The notes below the pieces were generated by a model. That model had not been told where the DNA came from. It saw nothing but the letters and a program-made list of their open reading frames with translations, and searched no databases. The position numbers and the translations under genes are program-made. A DNA stretch of 62,843 nucleotides, counting the filler, from Collodictyon triciliatum (taxonomy: Eukaryota): NCBI GenBank assembly GCA_043381765.1. It is 6 parts of 6 records of this genome, joined end to end, with 100 filler letters (N's around TTAATTAATTAA, not from the genome) between each part and the next. Parts side by side here need not be neighbours in the genome. Positions count along the whole stretch, not along the records: positions 11,365 to 22,605 come from JBHJMP010002451.1; positions 22,706 to 33,938 come from JBHJMP010002452.1; 4 more parts are not named here. The stretch is one strand, 5' to 3'. Position 1 is the first letter of the stretch; each line of letters begins with the position of its first letter. Below are positions 19,319-30,713 of the stretch, piece by piece.

Positions 19319-22027
19319 TCATTCAGTATTGGGTAAGTCGACCAAAGGGAGTTTGACAACGCGACGTTCATAACAAACACACCTGTGAGGATTTTTAGCC
19401 AGTGACCACGTCCTTCTTGACATGATAAAGAACAAATTGAACAGTGTGGCACGGATGACTGTCTTGGACGTCCAATCACCTATAATCAAACTGAATGTTC
19501 TGTTCACAGGCCCATAAATCAGGTCGGCGTCCAACTCTATCCATAAGAGTACCGCGATGATAACACCCGATACACTTATTTCTAGAGCACCAAGAGAAAA
19601 AAACCGAATCATTTTCCAGCGACTTGCCCAGCTGACCTTGTGTTGGTTGACACTGTCGAAAAATTGAGTTGACTGGTCCGTCTTTTGGGAGTTTTGAGCC
19701 ATGTAAGAGCTTCCGTGACTACTCAGCAAAGCCTCAGATAGCAGCTCCTTTCGTATGACATGCGCAAGCTGAGCGATAGTGTAAAGAATGAATGGATCAA
19801 ACTCATTGTTTGTGATGAATTCCCTGTGGAGTTGTTCCAAATTATAATTGAATCTCTTATAGTTAATGGGCCGGGTATCTAATAAACCAATCTTGATTGC
19901 TATGAGAAAAATAAACACACAACCAGGGTATCTCCACCAATAAATGCTGGGGGATATGTAGTCAGATAAAGCGATGAATAGAATCAGACAGTTGAATAGA
20001 TAATAAGCCGTCTCGAATGTCTTAACGGCCAAAAAAACAGCTTCTTTGGATAGGTTGAATACCTGTATGATGATCGAAACAATACCAGTGCAGTAGAGCA
20101 CGAAAAATAATAAAGACAGGTAGGAATGCTTGGGTTGACAAATATCGATCAAGAAAATGTAAGGGACTATGAAGTTGGAAAGCGAATGCCACTTGTAAGC
20201 CTTCTTATTCCAAAAACGCACCAAACTGGAGACCCTCTGCCCAAATATCCATAGGGTTAGAGTCTTGCTTAAATCTTGAAAGAAAAAGTATCGACCGGGC
20301 GTGAACAATATGACATGGCGATTGCTTCTGAGATTCATGTCATAGGGGCATAACACAGACATAATCCATTTATATAGTCTATCTGCGTAGCATTTCGAAA
20401 AAGAATTGGCCGGTTGCATTACATATTCTTTGTTTTCATTAGTAGAATTTTGTGGGCCGATTGGTGATTCTGACTGAGGAGTATTTCCTCCAGCGCATAC
20501 TTGTTGAATTTCTGGAATGTATCCTCTCTTTTGTAATTCAAGACACATTTTCGAAAATGTTTCGTCTGACACGAAGCTAGACCAAGCCGATACTAATGGT
20601 AGACGTATAATCTTTCTACTAAGACAATTCAATTTAATTGGATAAAAAAACATGATAACCATTCGGCGCATGAAATATAACAATGTGTTAAAAGCACATG
20701 TACGAAAAATAGAGACAGCAGTAATCTTGCTACGCAAAATTTTAAATTCGTATGCCTGATATATTTGAATAGAATCAGTATCTATGATTGCCAGGAGATA
20801 AACGGGAGCTACTATACCGAGCGTAATTACAATGAACGGACTATAACCCAGAACATGATTTATTCTCCATCGCCTTTTCATTCTTGAGTAGAAAGATGGC
20901 TCCTCATGTATGTATTTTTCAAAGTTTTTGTGATATGATTTGCATCTCTGAAAGATTTTCCAATCAGCATCAAAACTTGTACCGGAGCATTTACCACGAG
21001 ACTCTTCCAATTCTTGTTGCCAAGCGCTCTTGATTCGGGGGAGATATTCTTGCAAGGGAGATTGGTAAAAGCGAGGAGATAGATTGCTCTCTCCATCTTT
21101 GCTCTCTTCTGTGGAGCGATTTTGACCCCTAGTAAACAGGATAGCAAGTTTTTCTTGAATGAATGCATATCTCACAAAGCTGATTGGCCAGCTATCCACG
21201 AAAACCATTCCTGCATAAGTAGAAATGTAGAAAATTATAGCGTAGTGTGGGTAATATTGCCATCCGATACAGACTTCAAAGGCCAAAATTGCGGCGAATA
21301 TATTAGACATGAGGTAAAGCGTTTCAAAGTGACAGAGCCCCAGCATGAATGTATCTGGTTGCATGATGCAGATGAACAAGAAGGGATACGTAAGTGCGAG
21401 GATGAACATGGTGTGGTAGAGCCAAGGAATAAAGACCCAGCTTCTTAAGTAAATCCACAAAGCATATCCCAATGTAAGGACCAACAGCGTGAGAAAGAAC
21501 TTTCCCAGTCTGCGAAAGTAAATCCTCGATATGGCCATAGAAACCAGTGGGGGCCAGCGCGACCGAATGAAAAGAGTACTAAGGATGGTTTTGGAGTAGT
21601 CCAGCCGAACAAACAATTCTGTGTCGGCCAGAATCATAAACTTTTGATTGAAGAGAGGCTCAAGAGCGGCACGAGCTTCTTCTTCGCGGATGCCATGGCT
21701 TGCTGAATCATCAAAGTTATCCAACGACGAAAATGGCGCAGGGCGGGTCCCAATACCCGTGCCATGTTCATCGGGTGTGGGACATGAAGTTCCATGGTGT
21801 TGCTCCTTATTATTCCTTTGCTGGAACCGTGAGCTGGTCCATGTCTGCTCAGCTCTTTCGCTCAGCTCTGGGTTGTTGAGAGGGAAGCTGGCCGCCGAGT
21901 GCGGCTCCCCGGTGTAATCAGTCGACCTGTGTCCTTGTTCTTGTCCTTGTTCTTGTCCTTGTCCTTGTCCTTGTCCTTGTCCTTCTTCTTGATCGCTCAC
22001 CTTCGCTGTGCCTTCACAGTTGTCCAT
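19319..22027 (-). CDS. 902-aa intronless polytopic membrane protein with internal duplication (about 2 x 6 TM), function unknown
   Basis: Single long ORF. Two halves share DYSKT/DLSKT, FETLYL/FETAYY, VDSWPI/LDTRPI, FRTCAFN/IRATLFN, MRRM/SRRT and IRLPLV/VKLPLV. Low-complexity QG repeat at the N-terminus. Confidence 0.9.
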   Translation of the reverse strand: MDNCEGTAKVSDQEEGQGQGQGQGQEQGQEQGHRSTDYTGEPHSAASFPLNNPELSERAEQTWTSSRFQQRNNKEQHHGTSCPTPDEHGTGIGTRPAPFSSLDNFDDSASHGIREEEARAALEPLFNQKFMILADTELFVRLDYSKTILSTLFIRSRWPPLVSMAISRIYFRRLGKFFLTLLVLTLGYALWIYLRSWVFIPWLYHTMFILALTYPFLFICIMQPDTFMLGLCHFETLYLMSNIFAAILAFEVCIGWQYYPHYAIIFYISTYAGMVFVDSWPISFVRYAFIQEKLAILFTRGQNRSTEESKDGESNLSPRFYQSPLQEYLPRIKSAWQQELEESRGKCSGTSFDADWKIFQRCKSYHKNFEKYIHEEPSFYSRMKRRWRINHVLGYSPFIVITLGIVAPVYLLAIIDTDSIQIYQAYEFKILRSKITAVSIFRTCAFNTLLYFMRRMVIMFFYPIKLNCLSRKIIRLPLVSAWSSFVSDETFSKMCLELQKRGYIPEIQQVCAGGNTPQSESPIGPQNSTNENKEYVMQPANSFSKCYADRLYKWIMSVLCPYDMNLRSNRHVILFTPGRYFFFQDLSKTLTLWIFGQRVSSLVRFWNKKAYKWHSLSNFIVPYIFLIDICQPKHSYLSLLFFVLYCTGIVSIIIQVFNLSKEAVFLAVKTFETAYYLFNCLILFIALSDYISPSIYWWRYPGCVFIFLIAIKIGLLDTRPINYKRFNYNLEQLHREFITNNEFDPFILYTIAQLAHVIRKELLSEALLSSHGSSYMAQNSQKTDQSTQFFDSVNQHKVSWASRWKMIRFFSLGALEISVSGVIIAVLLWIELDADLIYGPVNRTFSLIIGDWTSKTVIRATLFNLFFIMSRRTWSLAKNPHRCVCYERRVVKLPLVDLPNTE

Positions 22028-22178
22028 TTTGCTTTTATTCGTTCTTATCCCTTCCTTTCTCTCTATTTACTGAGTCAGCTATATTATTTCCTTTGATTAG
22101 AGAGTATCAGTCATTCTCCTTCTCCGCCTTAACCAGCGCGTTTGGTTTTCGTGCTCATTTCCAAACTTCCCTGTCGCC

Positions 22179-22434
22179 ATGAACCCCGGCTGTATTTTGC
22201 TTGACTCAGACCCAACGGACTTGATGGAAGAGACACAGCCCGAGCCGCTTTTGTTTGATGTATGTGAGGAAAGCAAAGTCTCACAAGACAGTTCGGTCTG
22301 CAGCGTGCCAAAGAGCCAGGAAAAAGCAGAGCGTCGGAAAGAGTGGATTGCGCGAAGAAAAGAGGCCCGCAAAAGAGCCACAAAGGCCAAAGGCAAACCT
22401 AGGAGTCAAGGAGAGATCGTATTGGGGCATCCAG
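22179..22434 (+). CDS. First exon of an unknown gene cut by the contig end
   Basis: ATG in gccATG context, acidic then basic stretch (EKAERRKEWIARRKEARKRA), donor CAG/gttcac. Weakly reminiscent of Trm10-type N-termini but not assignable. Confidence 0.55.
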
Positions 22435-22605
22435 GTTCACGCACATCTTCCCAGTCGCTTTCTTCTGCCGCCGCCTTACTCTCTCTTTCTACCCCTTTTT
22501 TCCTTTTTCCTTTTTTCTTTTCTTTTCTTTTCTTTTCTTTTCTTTTCTTTTCTTTTCTTTTCTTTTCTTTTCTTTTCTTTTCTTTTCTTTTCTTTTCTTT
22601 TCTTT

Positions 22606-22705
22606 NNNNNNNNNNNNNNNNNNNNNNNNNNNNNNNNNNNNNNNNNNNNTTAATTAATTAANNNNNNNNNNNNNNNNNNNNNNNNNNNNNNNNNNNNNNN
22701 NNNNN
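22606..22705. other. Artificial contig linker
   Basis: N44-TTAATTAATTAA-N44. Confidence 0.99.
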
Positions 22706-23217
22706 TTTTTCTTTTTTCTTTTTTCTTTTTTCTTTTTTCTTTTTTCTTTTTTCTTTTTTCTTTTTTCTTTTTTCTTTTTTCTTTTTTCTTTTTCTTTTTT
22801 CTTTCTCCGTCCTATTTCCCTGCGCCTGGGAAGCTGCCCGATCCGAACGCGCGTTGCGGGTAGCCCTCGGGCGTCGTGGGTGAACGAAGCGTGTGCAGTG
22901 CGTTCTACACAGCGAAAGCTTCGAGAACGGTACTCGTCTGTGCTGAAGGAAGGAATGAAAATCACATATGTGGAATATGAAAGTGTATCTGTTGACATTC
23001 AACCGTCATTCGTGCTTTGATTAATTTTATCTTCCAGATGCATCATTCGGCATCGGAAAGCGGGGAGAGGGCGCAAGCACCTTGTGATGTGAGCCAACCC
23101 AGCAACCAACCTGCCGCCCACCACGGGGCACAACACAGGATGCCATCGCAAAGATATGATTATGTAATGGAAAGAGTGTTTCAAGCGACAGACTGAAAAC
23201 AATTCTATATCATGTAG

Positions 23218-23790
23218 TCATATTGTATTCTCCTTTTCCAAATTGACTTCTCGTTCTTTTTATTTAGGCTGGGGGCATTTGGATGAAGAGGTTTGTCAGT
23301 CTTTTTTTCTGGCACCCTGACTGAGTCAGATAATGGCAGAGTAACTGGGTCGCCCTTCCTGTGTGCCATTATTTCCTAAAGGACATATGTGCGTGTTTAG
23401 TTAATTTTATGGAGAAAATATAGCGTGTGTAAATGGATGGATGACAGAAAAGAGGATTGTCAGCCTGCATTAATATATCTTTGATAAATGATGGTAGTGA
23501 ACAGAACAAAGCAATCACAAGAGCAGAGTTTTTCTTCCTTTTTTATTTATTTTATTTTATTTTTTGGTAATGTGTGCAAGTTTTTATTTTCATTTATTTG
23601 ACTCGTAATACAGATAAAAATGAAAATGAAAAACAAGTTGAAAATGAAAAACCACGCTTATGCATATGAATGCAGTCACCATAGGCCCTTCTTGCTTGTC
23701 CCGGTCGACCCTTGAAACCTTTTTTTTCGGATCGCTCTCGGACTTTTTTCGCTTCCGAGAAGCCAACACGCTCGGTGTGTTCGAACTCAT
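23218..23790 (-). CDS. Possible small basic two-exon protein (about 90 aa) with NLS-like motif
   Basis: MSSNTPSVLASRKRKKSESDPKKKV...GPM splices (GT-AG) to EIMAHRKGDPV...ENTI-stop; no recognisable domain. Confidence 0.35.
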
Positions 23791-26559
23791 GTGTAACCTT
23801 CCAGTCGCAGACAATTCACCTCCTACCAAAAGGAAACCTTTCGTCAGTTCTTCTTGGTTACTAGCTATTCTCAGCATAAGAGCGTAAGGCAATAATAATA
23901 GTAATAGTAATAATAATAATAATAACTAGTGCAGCCAGCGGGGTTAGGGGTGACGAGATAGAGCGCGTTTTGTGAGCGGATTGTTTACTAACGAAACCCC
24001 CATAGTACATAAGTTGTACAAATATAGAGAATCTGAGGTAATTTTATTGATAAGTCTCATAAATACATGAATTATATTTTAATTTCCGCATATATTGTTG
24101 TTTATTAGAGGTATCATGTATAAAATATATTATCATTAAATTATAAATTAAATTCAAATTAGTTAAAATGTTATATTATTAAAATATATTGTACTATATG
24201 TAATATCCACATATGTAAACAGACACAGCACGTGTTGCGATGGTTTTTATGGTGAGCCTTGTGAGCTTCTCTCCATCCATCTATGGAATATGTGAGGTCG
24301 ATATGACGCCGATCGACGTGTCGCCAACTTCATTCGAATATTTTCGATGCATATGGAAATATATCTATACCGAAAAATTTCTTAAATAGCAATTTGAAGT
24401 TCAAAAGTGTTTCCAAATACGATGAACCAAATCAATTATGGTAGAGCCATCGCCACCACCATGTTTCCTTTATCAGACATATATGCCGAACCAGGCCGAA
24501 GGCACTTCTTGATTGGGCTTCATGTTCGAAAAGCAGCATCATCTGCGCAGATATGTGGGCGGGGTTCAACAGTTCTTGGCAGCTTTTCTCTCCCAGCAGC
24601 GGCGTGCTATTGGAGCGAAACTTGTTTATTCTGCCATTGGAACCAGCGCACAAAGGAATGGCAGCTGTTTTGATGATGGCTTCCCTCAACTAATTGAGTC
24701 CCTTTGATTGTCCGGCAGAGTTGGTTGATTGTGTGATTTATATTTGTTTGTTTGCTTACCGAATGGCCTGCTGACTGGTTGCGCGATTGTTTCAAAGCAA
24801 GGAGCAGAACCCGAGCAATTGAACAAAGCTCGCAAGCAAGCCTTTGTGGCCTGGGTGTCCATCGAGGCGTGCTGGATGCAGTTCAGGAGGGACTCCTATT
24901 CGGTATGATTCGGCCATTTGCGTCGACTTGCGCTGCACATGGAAACTTCGCCACAGAAAAAAGCAAGAAACCGGGCTCGTGCGCCGAAGAAAAGAGCCCA
25001 ATTGTATGAAAAGTGAAGCTAAAGGCAGACAAAGGCCAATGCTGCAGACATATAAATAGGAAAATGAATGCAAGGAAGGGTGAGGGGAATAAATGAGAGG
25101 GAATGGAAAAGAAAAAAAATTACTTCGCCAATGACTAATTCGCCAAAATGGATGTTGAGGGACACAATAGAAAGGACATCAAATAGAGTGGATTGTGTGA
25201 TTGTGTCTGGATGTGTTTGGCAAGTCCAATTTAAACTGCATAGGAAAAGAAGAGAAAAGAACATCGCTCCCATAATCGTCTTCCGACAACACAATTCAAA
25301 TGGCAATGACAAATCAAAAAGCGACTTCGCCATTGAAGATTTCGGCTGAGCGGTTGGCGCGAACGCTCACCCACTTTCATGCATCGACCCTTATTTTTTC
25401 TTATTTTTTTTAAAAAAAAGAAAATCTGACAAAAGAAAATAATAACATAAATAAATGCTTGTTTTCACATCATTGTATCGCCGACGTTGGGGAATTCATT
25501 CGTCCCTATTCAAACTAGTACATCGCCACATAGGAAAAGAAGCACACGCGATGCCAACTTCTCTTTGGGTTTTATTTGTTGCTCTCTTCTTGGCTGGCTC
25601 TCTTTCACATTCGAACATACACAGACACACAGCCAAACCACCTGTTCTCAAAGTCACTTTGCTGCTCGTAACACACGAGTATGATTCTGAGTGAAAGTGG
25701 GGATGCGAATAAAACCAAGCAGTAAAAAAACACACGATGTGTGGCCGTGTGTATGAGTGCATCCTTGTTCTCTTGTTGTCTTTGATAAGAAAGCCTTTGG
25801 CTCAAAAAGAAACCACCCTGTCTCTTAAAAAAACCTACTTACCCCATACTAGACACCACAACACATAACATTCATTTCTGTTGTGAATATGTGCACTTAG
25901 TTCGCACACCTTCATGTAAATCCCCTCTTACATCAGCTTTTATGTGCTCGGTATCAAGTTAGTATCGCCTATCTTGCGAGCAAGGTAGATTAGTCTGAGC
26001 TTTTTTACACTCTTCCATCTCACTTTTCTTTAAAAGAAAAAAAACCGGAGGGAAAGAAAAAATATTTCATTTTGATTGGTGACAAGCAAATCTTCGATGA
26101 GTCCCACCAAATACTTTTCGTTTATTAGTTCTTTGTGGTGGAAGCTAATCGTTCTGCGAAATAGAAAAAACTTTTTTTATCCATCTATTTCATCTTCTTT
26201 TCAACTCTCTTTGTATATTACCGATAGCCTCATTCGCATTATTTTTTTATACAATGTTCTTTAACGAGACAAAACTATATCCAAGAAAAATTAGAAAGAA
26301 ATAAGAAGAAAAAGGGAGAAAAAAAGCCATACCAGACTTATTAAAGCTAAGCGAAGATATTGTACTTTGTCTCATCTCGCCATAGAAAAAGAAAATATGG
26401 TCTCTGAAAGGCCACTCGCCTTTCGTCCGCTTTTTTTTAAAAAAAAAAACTAGACTCTTTTTGCAAGGGTGCAATAATTCTTTTTAGTTGGCATCCTTTT
26501 TCTGATAGTCACACCAATCGATTACATATTTTTCACTAACGCGTGTAACCTTTACGCAG

Positions 26560-29034
26560 TCAAGGGCACAATCATCTCCAACCCCGTCACAAAGACTGGA
26601 TTCGATTCATATAAATCCTTATTTATTCGTGGTATTTCCTTGCTCACTGTTTATTGAATTGCCTCGGTCTGCATGCACACCTTATATGTCTTCCCAGAAA
26701 AAAGGTTTTACTTCGTCGTTTCTTGAAAACATATAAAAAACAATGATCTGAACAATAAAACATTCCTTTCATTTACTTTCCGCCATTATGTGTATCTTAT
26801 TGGCGAAATAATCTTGCCAATGACACCTTGTTTATTTACTAATTTCGTGTCTTGTATTGTACATATGTGTATTGTAATATATAACACAGAACACGGCAAA
26901 GATGGGAATGACTCAAAGCGGTCAAGACTTTGCAGTGAAACTTCAGAAAGTGCAAAGCAGGATGCAATCTTACGATTCGATGAGACTCCTTCTGATGAGC
27001 ACGATTACATCATCATTCAAGGTCTCTCTGCATTGATAAACAGCATATCTGTAAAACTTCAGAACTAACCAGGAGATATGACTGAGCGTGACATCATTCT
27101 CTATGGCAGGAGATGATGAGAACACCGTCAGACGCACGAAGGGTACCACAAGTGGGTTAGGGGCACAAAAAGAGCTTCAAATACAACTAATTCCGTCTCA
27201 TGAAAAGCCGCCACCATCACCATACTACAATCCAAAGCTCCCGAATCCCCATGGCCTAAAGTCTTGCGCGCGATTGTGGGATTGGAAAGATTGCTCCTCA
27301 AAGTTCCAGTCTCCAACTCAGGAAATTAGCGAGGAGGTTGCTTTAATCCCAAAATAAATATAAAAAAAAAGAGGCATCAGCCGTGTACTTATATAAAATA
27401 TGAATGACTTCGCGATTTTGATGGGAAATCACTCCCTTATGATTCACCATCTCACCATAACTCGATATCTTTTATAGCAAACGCAGACTGCATTTATCAA
27501 CGAAATCATGAACATGACAGAGGAAGAGGAAGAAGGTCCCGCATGTAATGCAAGTGCCCTGACCGCTGCAAAGGCGGATGTGTCAAGCAGGCAAAAAAGA
27601 GGTACATGACACTTTTAATCTTATGCAACAAATGCATGCCTGATGAAAACGGCGCCACCAGTAACTTTTGCAAAGTTAACATCAAAAATGAGAGAAATTA
27701 CGCACACAAGAAAAAAGTATGAATAATAATACGATTGTTTCGCAACACTTTGACAACTGCATCTTCAGAGCTTTACATTATTATGTTAATGGCTTTTTAG
27801 AAGAAAAAAAAGAAGGTATTGGCTCATATTTGTCGTTGCAGTTAGAGTTTTCCATTTCTGTTTTTCCTGTTTGGTAGAAGTTTCCTTAATTAGTGGTTTA
27901 TGGTCTCCTCCTCCTTTCTTGCGCGAGCTCGCTTCCAGTCGACTTGTATATCTATTCACGCTTCGACTGCCGAATCTGCACGTAATTCCATACAGAGAAA
28001 AAAGCGCGGAAAAAAAGAGTAAAAAGTTGTGGTACTGAAGTTTTCAGCCACGAACGATCGATGGGGTTAACCCAAACCAAGTCATTGCTGATAGAAGGAA
28101 GAAAAAAATACATCCACTCTTCCATGATGAGATCAAAGGTTCTCAATCCTTTGGAAGGAAAATAAGAATGAGAAAGAAAAAGGAGAGAAAATACCCAAAT
28201 TGATGCGTTCAATCAGTCACGCAATCACAAGTTATGCACCGATATGATGAAAGGAGAGAAGGGGAGAGAAAAAAAAAAGGAAAATTGATGGAGTACAGTA
28301 GAAACATTCAAGTTAATTGGACAGAAGAAAAACAGAGCCTCTGTGCATTTGAATTGTTTTTTTTTCTCTCTCTCTCTCTCTCTTTTGTTTAGGAATATTG
28401 AATTATTAAGGAACCCTTCACCTCAAATACAGATGCACACATCGGCGACCCATCAGCTACACATCCAAGGACTGCCGCAGTATGTTTCATCCAATAGAGC
28501 GATTCTTTTGCGCTGTGTTGACAGCCTGAGCCTCCTGGTCGATTAGTCGATGGGTCATAGACTTTAACCGACCATCTCTGACTCTGTTTCCAACTCTGTA
28601 TGCAACACTAGGACCGTAGCAAAAGGAAGGAAGTCGCATACAAAGACGACCAAGGAGATGAGCCCGAGTCTACCACGGACGCAGCAAGTGCATCACTTGG
28701 CGAGTTCGCGCCTGAGAAGGCCCGCAAACGCACCCCGACGAAAATCAACTCGTTCATAGCATACCTATCTCTGACACGGCACGAGTTTCGCAAGCACGAC
28801 CCTTTTGTCTCGAGCCAGGTTTTGAGTTGTTTGATTCTGCCCTTGCCCTCTCTCTGGCTCTTGTGTTGGGCCATGACAATAATCCATGTCGACTGCCTCA
28901 TCACAGGAACTAACCAGGCGGATTTCCCACGCATGGAGGACAATGGACCCGGCCCAGAAGAAACAGTACGAGGTATGTGTATATCATTGGGGGGCAGAGC
29001 AGAGCATTCTTTTCTCCTTCTTTAGTCTGTGTAA
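26560..29034 (+). CDS. HMG-box protein (5' exons uncertain)
   Basis: Exons 28612-28818 and 28907-28972 give RTPTKINSFIAYLSLTRHEFRKHDPFVSSQELTRRISHAWRTMDPAQKKQYE, an HMG-box pattern; probable last exon SV-stop at 29026-29034. Upstream exons near 26560, 26890, 27110 and 27478 are plausible but not fully phased. Confidence 0.7.
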
Positions 29035-30386
29035 TAACATCAACAAGGTGATATTGTGGTGGCCTTTCATCAGTCCTTTCGAGTTGATGGAGGGCTCTCT
29101 AAGATTCGAGTGCCTTGTGTGCGATACAATATGCAGTGGATGAGCGCATAGTGCGTCATCTCTCACTCTCTGCCTCCTTGCAATAGTCTTTTGTTTTGTT
29201 TTGTCTTGTGTTGTTTTGTTTTGTGTTGTGTTGGGATGGGATGGGCGTTGGGCTTCGCTCTCCCGATTTCCCAGTTGCAAGTCGGCTGCCCCCCAAATGT
29301 TTGCCCACACCTGCTCCATCTTGTTCATTTTGCTTCCACCTCTCTGCATCAATGCTTCAATCCATATATACCCATCCTCTCGCTTGCTTGGGCGCCCACA
29401 TCTCCCATTCGGTTTGAGTTTGCTTTGGTGTTGTGTTGGATGTCTGTGTGGTCTTTCCCTTCCCTTCGTGCTTTCTTTTTGATACCTCTCCAATCAGCTG
29501 GTGCCACGTCCTCCGCCTCGCGCATCCGGTCGCAAAGCCATAACCCCCCTCCATTTGTATTGCCAGATGCACAACCACTGTTTTGTGTGAGGGAATCAGT
29601 AAGGAAAAAGGCTTTGTTTGTTTATTTCTTGTCTGCTCCCTTGCGCAATCACAAGACATCCATTCCCTCGCAGGATGACAACGGAAAAAGAGAAGGAAAA
29701 TCAATTGGAAAAAAACATTGTGAATACGAGAGAGGCATAATGACATTCTCACCCACACGCAATTCTCTGTGCCCCAGTTTGCCCCACAGCCCTCAATGCG
29801 GGATGCGGCTCTCCACCCTCATTCCGATTCTGGAGTGCCTATCCCTTTTTTGTACATTCACAAATGTTATTTTCCGCATTAGGACATAGCCCGGCAAATG
29901 AACGCCAGCCGCGAAGCAGGCCGCAGCGCAGACGAATCGCCTGTGAAGAAGCAAGCTGGCAGGAGGGGACGAAAGGACGAAGGCGCAGAGGACTGCTGAA
30001 CGCTAGTAGAATCTCAGTAAATTATCTGGCTCTCAGACAAAGGCATGGGTCTGCCAGGGAAGCTCGCGTCCCCAATTTTGAATCTAATAAAGTAAAAGAA
30101 GACTCGAGTCCGTAAAGAAGGATAGTGTAAAAGAGAGTTTAGGCAATACGGGCAGGCTTTTGTTGCCGGGGCACTAGGTTCGGGTTTGGTGGGTGGTTGT
30201 TTATTCATAACTAGAAGAGTGGGGGCTGACGAGCAGGGATGCAGCACGAGACTTACCTGGTGGAGGAAGATGGATTAAAACTAGGCAGAGGGGACGGTAG
30301 AGTGGTGGACAGTGCGTGTCAGTGTGGCGGCTCGCCGTGTCGCAGGGGTGGCACGAGGTCAGAACCTTCTGTTCACAGCATCGATT

Positions 30387-30476
30387 TTTGCTCAGACCGC
30401 CCGTCGAAGGTGTGTGTGTGTCATCTTACAAACAGCGTGCCACGCCCCCCAGACACGGAGCCTCTCATTCTGTCAA
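30387..30476 (-). ncRNA. Box C/D snoRNA, U43/snR70-type (SSU rRNA Cm1639-equivalent guide)
   Basis: CGACGGGCGGT directly before a CTGA D box is complementary to the conserved SSU motif ACCGCCCGUCG; the D+5 rule selects the C corresponding to yeast Cm1639. AAGATGA is a C/C'-like box; the upstream C box is degenerate. Confidence 0.8.
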
Positions 30477-30629
30477 AGTTGTTGAGTGCGTTACCTTGAT
30501 ATTGCAGGGCGGTGGTCTGAGCGTCGGCCTTGGTTAGCGCGTCCCTGATGGGCTGTGGGTAGAAGGAGGATGTTTGGGTGATTGTTGTAAGGGGAATTGA
30601 CTGAAGGGAGGTGCGAAAGTGGCTTTTGT

Positions 30630-30713
30630 TGTGGGTCGGTCAGAAGGCAAATTGTTTGTCATCGCTGTCATTCAGAACAGGTCTGTAATTTTCTGTCATC
30701 CTATAGTCCCACA
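30630..30713 (-). ncRNA. Box C/D snoRNA, U25/snR56-type (SSU rRNA Gm1428-equivalent guide)
   Basis: C box AGGATGA, guide ATTACAGACCTGTT plus D' CTGA (complementary to SSU AACAGGUCUGUGAU with one G-U), C' GCGATGA, D CTGA, terminal stem TGTGGG/CCCACA. Confidence 0.88.

Noticed and set aside
24400-25060. Several short ORFs, a minus-strand donor and a C-box/CTGA pair
   Set aside because: No consistently phased gene model, and the rRNA-like antisense stretch is not adjacent to a D box; unresolved.
30250-30262. ACTTACCTGG resembling the U1 snRNA 5' end
   Set aside because: No U1-70K loop, U1A loop or Sm site follows; it is the reverse complement of a CAG/GTAAGT donor.
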